DNA from: Macrostomum hystrix
Taxonomy: Eukaryota; Animalia; Platyhelminthes
Direction: 5' to 3'
Length of the DNA: 64,000 nucleotides
Assembly: GCA_950097015.1 (NCBI GenBank)
Contig: CATNEN010000011.1
Span: 4,960,001-5,024,000 of the forward strand
The notes below the pieces were generated by a model that saw nothing but the letters and a program-made list of their open reading frames with translations, ran no database searches and was not told where the DNA came from. The stretch's first letter is position 1; every line of letters starts with the position of its first letter. Made by a program: the position numbers and the translations under genes. Positions 53,679-64,000 of the stretch are shown in pieces.

Positions 53679-55616
53679 GACTAACATACTGTTCTAAAAT
53701 GATTCTGTAAGTAAATTAAACAGAATCATTTATGTAAAAAACTTTTTATAGTGAAAGATAAGTTAAAACTATATCTGGTAATTAAAAAATCATTGTTAAT
53801 CTGTTTTTCTATATACAAGTTTGCTTAGTTAGTGTTGAAGCTTAAAACTGAAAAAAAACATTACAATGTTTTAGATATACATAATAATTTCCAGAAATTA
53901 ACCTATGCATAAAAATAGCTAAAATAAAACTTTTTAAAGTTTATATCAGAATTGAGACAATTAAAATTGGTTTAATAAGTTTTTATAGGCCTATGCATAG
54001 GCACCAATACAATAGCTGTAGGCTATAGCTCTATTTTGTCATAAAAACAAAAATGGACATTCAAAAAGCAAAAAAGCATTAATAAAGGACTGATGTTGGC
54101 CTATATGCTCCAGCCTAGTTCATTATAATTTTACCTTTTAGTTTTACTGCTCAATAAAAACATAGATCTACCTATTTCACTACCAAAAACTTTCTCTATC
54201 AACCAAAGGGTTAAAAATAGAGGTATTGTAGTTATCTGTTGCTACACACAAATACATGCAATATATTTGTTTTATATTTCATTTAGTGTAATTAATAAAA
54301 CATTTGGCATGTAATTTTCTATGAATAGGCCTAACATGTTTTCTCACAAGGACTAGGCCTATTTGTTGTCTTATTGATGGAAATTATAAGACAATAGTTG
54401 TTTTGAGAGTCTAATAGGCCTACCTAAGGCCGAACACTAATGAAATAACAATAGGGGCCTAGAAAAAGTTAAGAGACTATATTAGCCAAGGGGTAGGCCT
54501 ATTATTAGGGCCTAGACTCTAATAGGCCCAACATAAAAAGTTAAATCTTGGACAAACATTTAACTTAGAGATTAAGTGCATAGTCGAATACTTGTACATT
54601 TAATATTGTGACAAAGCTAGCTAGCAGCCGACCTACAGTTACATACTGTAGGGGGCCTACTGTCCGTACAATACAAGACTCCAAGAGGTGAAGGTAGTTA
54701 GCCTGAAATGTTGATAAATCAAGTCTGGACCAGTGTAAAAAAGTAATAAATACAAAAAACAATCATGAAAATATACACTATCGAGTTAAGTGCATCGAAA
54801 TAAAGTAGGCGGAATACAGGTACAATTACAGTGTGCACATGTCAATGGTTTGCCCAGTGGAACGCAGCTAAGATTAATGAAGGCCGCGAAAATGTAAAAT
54901 TAATAGGGTAGACTTTTTGATACGGCGCGCAAAATTGAGATAAGTTAAGCAACTAAAAAGTGTTTCACACTAACAGTTCTCAGTTATATATTGTAAGCCA
55001 TCACTTTTAGTGATCTATCTGACTTGTGTTTAGATTTTATTGGACACGCTTTTAATTTTTTGTAACGAATCGATATAGCTTTAGCTTCTCACGTCAATAA
55101 AATGCATAATATGCTGTCTTTAAGACTGATAAAGATATGTTTTCATACTCTAATCTAATATAATACTATTGGTTGTATTAATTATCTTATCAAAATCTAT
55201 TGAACGCAGAAATTCGGGTGGATGTTGCGGCCTGCTCAGTCTAGACGGAACAGCTATGCACATATGAACGCTGCGCATTCAACATACGGCTGCGACCGTG
55301 CCACTACATGTAAATTGGCTATACGTCTTGTCAAACTGAATGTATATGTGTAAGTTCGAACTGGATCAAAGAATCTGGGTAAATAGTACAGGTATATCAA
55401 TGTACATTAGGCCCCTGTGACCAATGCCAATCTTTTTGTGACTCCTTAGATAAGTTCTGTCAGAACAAAAATATTATCTTTATTAAAAAGTCGATAAAGC
55501 TTTGGCGACAGTCGTCTGCATAAGATAATACTGCAAACTTTCATACTTTGACAGAAGCCCATGCAGGCACACTCTACACATACTCCCAATCAAAATTAAA
55601 CAGTTTTTGGAGGAAA

Positions 55617-57230
55617 ATGAAGCGAGGACGCTCCAGTAGCGACAGCTCAAGCTCGGACGGACCCACGAAGAAGCTGCCAATGTGCGTAATTTGCGACCAA
55701 GATGCAGCGAGTCGGGGTCCGTTTTCAAAAAGCTACCTGTGTTCTGAACACCTGAGCGTTGATGTGGCTGAGGCCCTGAAGCTAAAGCAGGAGGTTGAGG
55801 AGGGACTTCGCGCCTACTTACCAGCCGGAGCTGCGAATTCCAGTGCGGGCCTGGTTGTGCCCCAGTTGAGACAAAATCTACATCAGAGAATGCTCGAGCA
55901 AAAAACCATGGTAGATGGCATCTTTGATGACATTCAGAAAGGCCTGGATTCGTTCCGTGCCCGACTCACAGATGTCATAAAGGCTCGAATCGACATCGCC
56001 AATGTGTGGCAGCGGGACCTCGATGACATCGACAATTACAATCAGGAGATGTCCTTGGCTGAGGCTGCGCGTGACATGGAGGAGGTGGTTCAGCTGGCCA
56101 TGTCCATGCAAATGTCACTTCCAGATTTAAAGGCCGACTTTGATAGAGTTCAGACACTGATTGAGGAGAGGTCGGGAGCGGAACTAGAGCTGGAGAGATT
56201 GCGGCAGCTCAAAAAGCTTGTCGGAGGTGCATCGGAGGACGCTGGTTTGACCAATTCTTTCAGAAACGCCTCCGTCACAGCGAAGCCGGAGGAAATCGAC
56301 GGCGCAAGACTGACTTCGACTGAGTCCAAGCTCTGTCCAATTGTATTCAGTCACGAAGTGAAGCTGGATGGCCCTGTTACCTGGCTGGCTTTGTGCAGCG
56401 ACACCAGTGGATTCGTCGGTGACAGCTCAGGTTGTGTGGTGGCCGCCAATGCAGTGCACAGCTGCACAATGGCTCTGCCACAACCCAGCATTTTTGCAAG
56501 AATCAAGGGCTTAAAAGATCACCTTCAGGTGCTGTCTGTCGATGGATCTAAAAAATTACGATGTTATTGCGAAATTGACTGGAAGAACGGCATCTACGGC
56601 CTGAATTGCGACCATCAGCTGCTATACATTGCTCAAGCCGAAGCAGTGACAGTGACGGATCTGAGCGGACAGAAAATTCTTCGAATTCACCCTGGAATCG
56701 ATGAATTTGGCAAAATAGGTGGAATCGGCATTAGCGCATCCTCTGTGTTTGTCTCCAGTGGCAACAAGATCGCTGTGTTTAGCAAAACAACGAGTCAGAT
56801 GGAGACTCTCATCGCGCTGTCAAAGCATCAACACGCAGATTTGAGCAACCTGGTGATTCACGGCGATTTTATTTTCGCAACGGACATGAAGCGACAGCGG
56901 GTGTACAAGTTGGCGACTGGCACTCATCACCTACTGGTCGCCTCCCACCCGACAACGCGCTGTGGCCTTAAGCGGTTCTCCGGGCCCCTGGGAATCGCCA
57001 TTGACAGGAGAGGCCGCTTATTTGTGAGCGAGGAAGTCAGTCACTCAGTGCGAGCAGTGGCTGCAGCCGATGGCTGTCTTCTGTGGACTTTTGGAGAGCC
57101 CGGTAGAAGCGGAAGCGGCGAAATTAAACTCAACGGACCAGTCGGTCTGGCCTTGGTGACTAGAGGTGCGCACGAGCAGCTTGTGGTTGCTGATCGGGAC
57201 AACCAGCGACTCGTAGTATTGAATCTGTAG
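55617..57230 (+). CDS. B-box-like/coiled-coil/NHL beta-propeller protein (RING-less TRIM-NHL-like), intronless, ~537 aa
   Basis: CVIC...LCSEH Zn motif, helical segment, NHL repeats FSGPLGIAIDRRGRLFVSE and LNGPVGLAL...LVVADRDNQRLVVL. First ATG at 55617. Confidence 0.8.
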   Translation: MKRGRSSSDSSSSDGPTKKLPMCVICDQDAASRGPFSKSYLCSEHLSVDVAEALKLKQEVEEGLRAYLPAGAANSSAGLVVPQLRQNLHQRMLEQKTMVDGIFDDIQKGLDSFRARLTDVIKARIDIANVWQRDLDDIDNYNQEMSLAEAARDMEEVVQLAMSMQMSLPDLKADFDRVQTLIEERSGAELELERLRQLKKLVGGASEDAGLTNSFRNASVTAKPEEIDGARLTSTESKLCPIVFSHEVKLDGPVTWLALCSDTSGFVGDSSGCVVAANAVHSCTMALPQPSIFARIKGLKDHLQVLSVDGSKKLRCYCEIDWKNGIYGLNCDHQLLYIAQAEAVTVTDLSGQKILRIHPGIDEFGKIGGIGISASSVFVSSGNKIAVFSKTTSQMETLIALSKHQHADLSNLVIHGDFIFATDMKRQRVYKLATGTHHLLVASHPTTRCGLKRFSGPLGIAIDRRGRLFVSEEVSHSVRAVAAADGCLLWTFGEPGRSGSGEIKLNGPVGLALVTRGAHEQLVVADRDNQRLVVLNL

Positions 57231-57529
57231 TGATGATTCATCCTGGATAACCTTCATGTCATTGTTTTAACAGACTGACAGACTAAATATTCTGTCTGAA
57301 TGACTACCTGCATAATAATTAATCTGCTTCGATATCTGATTTACTTGATAAACACACCAATTACATAAAAAATTAGCAATACCAATTTTTCTCATAATTT
57401 CTGCGAATTGACGCAGCTAAAGTTTCGATATTTGCCTCTCGCATTTAAATCGCAATCACTTTGACTCAAAATAATGATAAAGGTAGGCCACACTAGTTTT
57501 GTTCGATTTCGCTTGTCGATGTCGCTAAG

Positions 57530-58040
57530 TGTGACGCTGCCAGGGATGCAATCAGGCTTACCCGCTGTCAGCGGTTCTTGTTCCTCGGCGGCCTCGTGCC
57601 GGACGTTGCCGAAGACCTGGTGAGGCGATGAGGACTGGCCTGGGCCGCGTTTCGTTCTGTGCGCTCCGTGCTCAAATCTGAGGCTCATGTATGACGGCCT
57701 CAGCTAGGGCTCGGCTGTTTCAGGCAGCCGTTGAGAGGCTATCTTGCCAAGACCTGGACCCTGACGAATGCCTTGGAGAGGAAGCTAGACGCTACACATG
57801 CGGCCATGCTGCGTGCGGCGTTCGGGGTTCGCAGCGGCCAAGGCAGCGAGACAAATGCCCCGCTCTATGCAAGGGTGCGCCTGACATGGCCTTCTGACCC
57901 GAAGCACGGTCGGCGACTTCGTCTGGCTGACGTGCTGCTGCTCAAGCTGCAGGGACCGAGAAGGCGGGGCCAAGGTCGAACGGCGAGATTTATTGGCCGG
58001 CTTCTGAGTGACGCTGGCCCTTAGGACCAAGCTGGCGGGT
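57530..58040 (+). mobile_element. 5'-truncated, degenerate RTE-like non-LTR retrotransposon (RT C-terminal region)
   Basis: Across frameshifts and a stop: FLFLGG..DLVRR*GLAWAAF, RLFQAAVE, TWTLTNALERKLDATHAAMLR. Confidence 0.7.
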
Positions 58041-58411
58041 GTGACTTTTTTAGTCGTTAGCCAAGAGACTTGTCTGAATTTTCCACTATTTTCTGGCCAC
58101 TGCGTGGCTTAAGCAATCAATTCTCGATTAGTTTTTTATCACCACACGTTTATTTTATTTCAATACGTTGCTATTATTTTGCTTTTTATAGACCAAAAGA
58201 AATCAATATCTTTCAATATATGAGAATTAAATAGTAACACACTTCACAATCAACGTTGTAGTAGGAATAAGAAAAGATAATTTTTTAGAAAGTCAATCAC
58301 GACAAGTATTGACAGGATTAGACAATTATCGGATACACGATGCTTTCCCAGTCGATGTTAATGTTTCTAAGTTTTCTTGGAGACGTCTGTTTGTCCATCA
58401 CAAGCGATTGT

Positions 58412-59128
58412 CTAAACAATTTCCCTCCTCTTAGCTGCACGGCTTCTCAGCGGTCGCTTGGCTGCTAGCCGCTTCTGGAGTTTTTTCCCACTGCTCGACA
58501 GTCTAAGGTCGCTCATCTTCTTGATGCTGATATCGCTCTCTGACTGTCCAGCGTCTCTGGTGCCTCCACCAATGCCATCGCCGTCCGCCGGACGAATGAA
58601 ATTCGCCCTAGTCGTGCGCTGGTGTTTCAACAAGATCTCAGCGACCTGACCACTTCCATTTGTGCTGACATCCTGCTGCTCTGCAGGCTGCTGCTGCGGA
58701 AGCATTGACGGAAGCTCAAGGTCGACTGTTGCGTCGGACAGCCAGTACACACCTGGGCTGCTGTGGTGCAGTTGGATCTCGATCTCATTTCTACCCTGGC
58801 GGCAGAGACGAGCGTCGATGGTGAAGCTTTGGAAGCCAAAGTTGTACCTCGGAGTGTCGTGGTACTCGATGAGTTGCGGAAGTCCGTTTACCACCAGGTC
58901 GATGACTCCGTCTGCGGTTGTTCGGCAGTGGTTAAGGGACAACCTGACGCCTGAAAATTCATTGCCAGGAGGCAGGATGAAGCTGAAGCTGACGCGGCTT
59001 TTCCCAGGAACGTGGAAGATCTTGTACGGTCTTGTGCGACGGTAATAGTCGGTCATTCCGACCCAGTAGAACACCGCGCCCGCCTGCTGTGGGCTGCTGA
59101 AGTCGAAGCTTGTAAGCCGGATGGACAT
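58412..59128 (-). CDS. Intronless orphan ORF, ~238 aa, beta-sandwich-like N-terminal domain and basic tail
   Basis: Long non-repetitive ORF with ATG at 59128; alternating beta-strand pattern; no family recognised. Confidence 0.55.
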   Translation of the reverse strand: MSIRLTSFDFSSPQQAGAVFYWVGMTDYYRRTRPYKIFHVPGKSRVSFSFILPPGNEFSGVRLSLNHCRTTADGVIDLVVNGLPQLIEYHDTPRYNFGFQSFTIDARLCRQGRNEIEIQLHHSSPGVYWLSDATVDLELPSMLPQQQPAEQQDVSTNGSGQVAEILLKHQRTTRANFIRPADGDGIGGGTRDAGQSESDISIKKMSDLRLSSSGKKLQKRLAAKRPLRSRAAKRREIV

Positions 59129-59737
59129 GTTATGCTGCCCATTCAACAATCGAAGCTAGTCCGCTGCGATTTGCCACTCTAGCCTACTTTGCGGACGCGA
59201 GCGGGCAAGGGCCTCTTTGAAGATTTATGTATATATAGTCTAGTTACGTATATTTTGTGCTTTACTACTAAGGCTGGTTTGTGGATTAAGCTGCATTTCC
59301 GGCCTGAACCGCTTCGGTGCCACGCACGCTTCATTTGACTGGCGTAAACATGAATTCTTGTATTTCAAGTCTCATATCTGTATAGTTTGCAGTTAACAGG
59401 CTACAGTTATGAAAAATTAAAGCATCTGATAAATGCACTTACAGACATATTCTGTATGTACGATGTAGTTAGCCTACGCGTGTTGAAACGAGGTTGAACT
59501 TAACGGCAGCCACCCCCTGCTGTTGTCCCATGATTTCGCGGGCCGCACGGCCATTAGAATCGTCAGTGTTTGCCCGCGAATTTAGTCTATGGCATTCTTC
59601 AATAAGAGTAGAATATTGTAACGGAAACAAATTAGCAGTATATTAATCAACAACACAAAAGTACATGTTGAAACATAAGTTTTTATTCATAGTTAAATAA
59701 TTAACGAGTAATACGTCATCAACTAAGCCATCCAATG

Positions 59738-60095
59738 TTAAAAGAAGAAGCTGAGTCGCACGCCATCCTCTTCAAGAACCGCGGTAGGCTTGTCTGCATT
59801 AACCGATGGCGTAGCTACAGTCGACGGCACAACGATTGTGGCTCGCTTTGATGAGGGGGCACCATCCGACAGAGAATCCGCATTCAGAGCGACGCTAAGC
59901 GATTCGGAAATTTGTTGCTTCCGCTTCTCAGAAATTCTGCTGACATAGCGAACAACAGCCGCGTCACTCCGATGCCCTGTGAAATGGTCGCCGCATAAAA
60001 AATATATTTAATAATCTGCCAATTAAACACACCAAAATACTACGCACGTACGCTCGTACCTGTCACAGATTTGATCTGATTTTCAGGTTAACGCT
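59738..60095 (-). pseudogene. Crypton-like tyrosine recombinase C-terminal fragment with an 83-nt intron (60059-59977)
   Basis: Spliced reading PENQIKSVTG|HRSDAAVVRY matches the YR GH-x-S...Y catalytic box; upstream frameshift/stop. Confidence 0.6.
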
Positions 60096-60163
60096 CCTGA
60101 ATTATATTCTCTCCCTCCGAATTCTCTAGGCTTCTTAAAAAAATAGAGTAAAATCTCAGTTTT

Positions 60164-60241
60164 CCATAGACTAAAGTGCCGGGCAGGAATGATTTAGACG
60201 CGGGCAGGAATGCATTCCGTGCCCGCTACTTTCGTCTATGG
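60164..60241. mobile_element. 78-bp palindromic mini-element with CCATAGAC...GTCTATGG termini
   Basis: Arms CCATAGACTAAAGTGCCGGGCAGGAATG and the reverse complement of CATTCCGTGCCCGCTACTTTCGTCTATGG. Confidence 0.6.
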
Positions 60242-60458
60242 ATCATGCTTGTGGCGCCCTTGAAATTATGAGACAACATAGCTCTGTCTAAGGATTTTCG
60301 GGTCGAATTCCATCTATGCACAGCAGGCTAGCGCTAACTAGAACACAAATATAGATAGGCTGCAGAGGGCTGAAAGGAAATATTTAATGGCCGGGCCGTG
60401 AAATCAGATAGTGCAGAACAGCGACAAATTTAGAACAAGGGAAGAAAAAAGAACAAAG

Positions 60459-60715
60459 TTAAAGCCAGTCAGTCCAAATCATTCCATACATCCGGAAACA
60501 TCCGTTGCGCGAATCGACAGCCTTCTCTCCAGCCGGTGAAACTCCTGCAACAATTGCACTCGTGCTCTTCTGCATTGACACAGATACACCGATGTATCTC
60601 TCCACAGCGGAGCTGGAATGTCCTGTCAAGCGACATATGTCCGCACGCTGTACACCAGCTTCATGAAGTAGGCTGGCGCAGGTTCTACAAAGACTCTGGT
60701 TGATAAATATCCTTG
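60459..60715 (-). pseudogene. Second Crypton-like tyrosine recombinase fragment
   Basis: NQSLCRTCASLLHEAGVQRADICRLTGHSSSAVERY aligns to the HSLRxT...AG...TGHxS...Y box; HxxR appears degenerate. Confidence 0.65.
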
Positions 60716-61066
60716 CTTGATAATTTCATTCAAGCACCAAGAGCACCAAGAGCACTGGAGCGCGTCACCTGTGACTCATTTTCTGTTTGTATCAGAAAGT
60801 CCTGAAGATCCAGAGAAATCTCCATATCTGGCCTCTCAAAATCGCCAGGATTTAAAAGTAAATCGTCTCCATGTCCAATTGGACTTGCCAGACAGTACGA
60901 TTGCAAGTTGTTTAGCTGCTTGAGATTTGAGATCGCCACACTTAGGTTCAAATATAACAACACTTATAGAACACTATAAGAAAGGGAACACTTATAATGT
61001 ATAAGTGTTCGCTTATACATAAGCCCTTCTTAATCTTGCTGTCTAACATGGTTTGACAGGATACGT

Positions 61067-61210
61067 ATATAATCTCTCCCATTTATTCATTTATCTGTGG
61101 CCGTCAGAACGACTGAGAACTTGTTTCTCGGCCGAGGCGCAGCCGAGGCCAGAGAAACGAGTTTGAAGTCGTTCTGGCCATAGACAAATGAATAAACGGA
61201 GGAGATTGTA
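61067..61210. repeat. ~145-bp imperfect palindrome with central CCGAGGCGCAGCCGAGG
   Basis: Arms pair from ATATAATCTC to GAGATTGTAT; core at 61132-61148. Confidence 0.8.
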
Positions 61211-62579
61211 TTTTTCCCTAACTTGGGTCGGTGTTGTGGAAAAAAATAACTATAGCTCAACAGTCTATGGTTCTGATCGAAACGGTTCCAAATAAATCGT
61301 TTCCTCGTCCGGGACGAATAAATATTTCTTTGTCCCGGACAAATAAATGCTTCAACACTACACCATAGAATTATTTGACCGGGACAAGTGGGGGATAAAT
61401 GATAAACATATAACCTTGCGTCCTATAATGCACCCCTATGCTGGGCAAAGTCTGTTAGGTTTGGCCATAGACAAAATAAAACATTTCAAACTACTAAAAT
61501 GTTGTCATATTATTTGAATTTCATGAAGCATTTCGTGTTGGTGGTAAATTAATCAACAAGTTTAAAAGGTGTAAGTATTTTGGATGAATTGATGTCTACA
61601 TTGGCTGTGAATGTACAGAAATAATTAAATAGTTGGTGATGCGCTGTTTTACCTCAGGCATGAAAGAGCATGAAAGGGAATGCCAAGCTCAAAAACGAAA
61701 GTCTTCAAGTTAATTATTTAATAAATACTTGTATTATAGCCCTCCCTTCAAGGAAATAATTCAAATTATGACCAAATTTAGTGCAAGGCTGATACCGAAT
61801 CTGTTTACAACGAAAATGGGTAAACAAAAACGAAGACGTTGGTGCACTATAAAATTATGCTAGGCTGTATGACCTAGAAAAATCCAACAGTTGCTTTATT
61901 AATAGTTTGAAGGGGCTGATGCACCATTTAGAGCTACGTTTCGCTCACCTCAGAACACTCTCACGCACATATGGATATGTTTGTACTCACACAGGTGTAC
62001 ACGCTAGTATTGCACCTGACATTCTCATTTTCGGGCACTGTACTTTCCCTGTGACTTGGGGGGTGAGTCGACATGGGGCGAAACTTTGGTTGGCAAAGGC
62101 CCAAAACTTACTCTCCAACGCTGCGCCATAAATAAATGTAGCTTTGCCGCGGATTCGAGCTCAGGTTGGAGAGCCGAACAGATGTTGCAGCTTTGCCACT
62201 TACATGCCGTTCAAACAGGTGTCATTATCTACACCGCTAGACAGTTTTTCACCTGTTGACCAGATAGACTCACGAACCACGGACTATTCAAAACATGATT
62301 CTTTTGTGTAAAAAATAGGTAGCGCACACAACTACTTATAGTACAGTGATGTCATTCTGGCTGGAGATTTCTGTTGGATTTCAAAGCTGGCAGGGCACGG
62401 CATTGAATCCTAACAAACTTTTAACGAGAAAATTAACAGGCGCCGAGTTTTGCATTCGCAGACTCCACATACAGCCTAGGAAACCGCCTAGCAACTGATG
62501 CGTTGAGTATGACGATGATGAAGACAGAGATATCGATGAGGACAGACATCAGAGACAACAGACAACAGACATGTACAGA

Positions 62580-62665
62580 GCTGGACGAAATGCTATCCCA
62601 CCTCCCGTGGTGTCCAGTGGACAGGAATCTGGAAGAGGAAGAGGAAACAAAGGAAAAGGGATACC
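62580..62665 (+). ncRNA. Candidate HDV-like ribozyme (5' half intact)
   Basis: P1 GCTGGAC/GTCCAGT with a G-U first pair, P3 ACC/GGT, L3 TCCCGT, GG after P1; P4, J4/2 and P2' not cleanly found. Confidence 0.45.
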
Positions 62666-64000
62666 GAAGCGGAGTGTCAGGAGCAACTCCTGCACGAGGC
62701 AAACGGCCCTTTTTGTTAGCGGCAAGCAGTAACGGCCGAACTGGTTGCCGTAAATTATCAGGCCAGACGTGTCAGAGCCAGATCACAAAAAACTGAGAAA
62801 ATACTGGAAAGACAGTGCCAGAACATCAAGGAGATGGCTTTACTAACGATAGAGAAGAACCCCGGACCAGCCAGTCCTCAAAGGCAGAATACGAGCCAAA
62901 CAGCGGAAGGCAACAGGAACGGTAGCGAGAAAAACTCTAAAAACCCAATAAAAATTAACAAAAATTAACAAAAGGGATAGAAAACCAAAAAAGAAACATC
63001 AGCAAGCCGAGAACAGCGAAAATACCAGCAACGCAGAAACAGACGAACAAGAAGACGAGAAATCAAAGTTGCAACGCGCAAAGACCAGTGCAAGAATGCA
63101 AGGATCACGACCTGGAATGTCGACAGACGGGCTAACATCCTCTCCACCAGATTCGTGAAATCGCCAAAAAAATCAATGAACGAGAAATTGGAGATCATCA
63201 CCCTCATATCTGAACTGAAAGCTACCATGCACCAGCGGAGTCAGAAGTTTCCACCAGAGAAACAGCAATGTCCACCTGATTCATGACACCCACACAGGCA
63301 TCCTACTCAACGACGTCTTCTTTCAAGCATGAAAAGACACAGGATCCAAACACAGAAGCGCCGAGAGCCACCTACATCGAGATTCACGACGCCAATCTAA
63401 TCAGCGTCTAATGCCCGGTTAAGGGGACACCAACGTGTACGACACTGAATTAGCGAATCTCCGGAATGACCTGAAAAAATTCATCCACTCCGACCGGAAA
63501 TTGTTCCCGATTCTGATTGGAGGCGATTTCAACGCGCAAATCGGTAAAACAAACTTGCCTGACCAAAAGAATCGCGGGAAATTTGGCCTTGAACACACCA
63601 ACGCACAAGGAGAAGACCTAGCCACCTGGTTAACCGCGAACGACCTCGCCTGGGTAAACTCCTTCCACAACGCCGTAAAAAGTGGCACTTGGCAGAATCC
63701 CGGAAACGGGTCATGGCTTGAGATCGACGGCTTTATCACTAGAACGAGTGAACGACACCGCCTAATAAAAGCCATAAAATGTCACAACCCGAGCCCGCTC
63801 TCCGATCACATCCCTCGAACAGTGATTGTGAAGGGTTTCGAGAGAACCAAAACGAAACCAGCACATTTCTCCTCGAACGCCAACAAAAAGAAGCCGAACA
63901 TTAATTGGAAGAAGCTGTTCACAGAATAAAATGTGGTTAAACTCCGGGAAGAAATGAGTAGCCGACTTACAGAGCTGGAACTCACTCACAGTGAAGGAAA
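62580..64000 (+). mobile_element. Degenerate RTE-like LINE (APE endonuclease), truncated by the window end
   Basis: ITTWNV, EIITLISE, LIGGDFNAQIG, GTW...EIDGFI and SDH motifs, with stops and frameshifts. The 5' boundary is inferred from the ribozyme-like fold. Confidence 0.85.

Overview
Animal genomic DNA with spliceosomal GT-AG introns. Its abundant minisatellites and polyQ/polyA-rich proteins resemble a free-living flatworm such as Macrostomum; this is inference, not verified. Protein-coding loci assembled by hand: a 5-exon TASK-type K2P channel (+, 9763-25391); an ATF2/ATF7-family C2H2+bZIP factor (-, 28988-31280, first exon uncertain); BSDC1 (+, 4 exons); an intronless OGFr-domain gene (+); a compact CLIP-170 homolog (-, 6 exons); an intronless B-box/coiled-coil/NHL gene (+); and an intronless orphan ORF (-). 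Most large introns carry their own private minisatellite array. Mobile DNA: three MITEs with clear TSDs, a solo LTR inside a minisatellite, a CORE-like SINE, RTE-like LINE relics and Crypton-like tyrosine-recombinase fragments with palindromic satellites. Most striking: a complete type I hammerhead ribozyme sits between a tRNA-type A box and B box, at the apex of a ~175-nt inverted repeat in TASK intron 2. A partial HDV-like ribozyme fold lies upstream of the terminal LINE.
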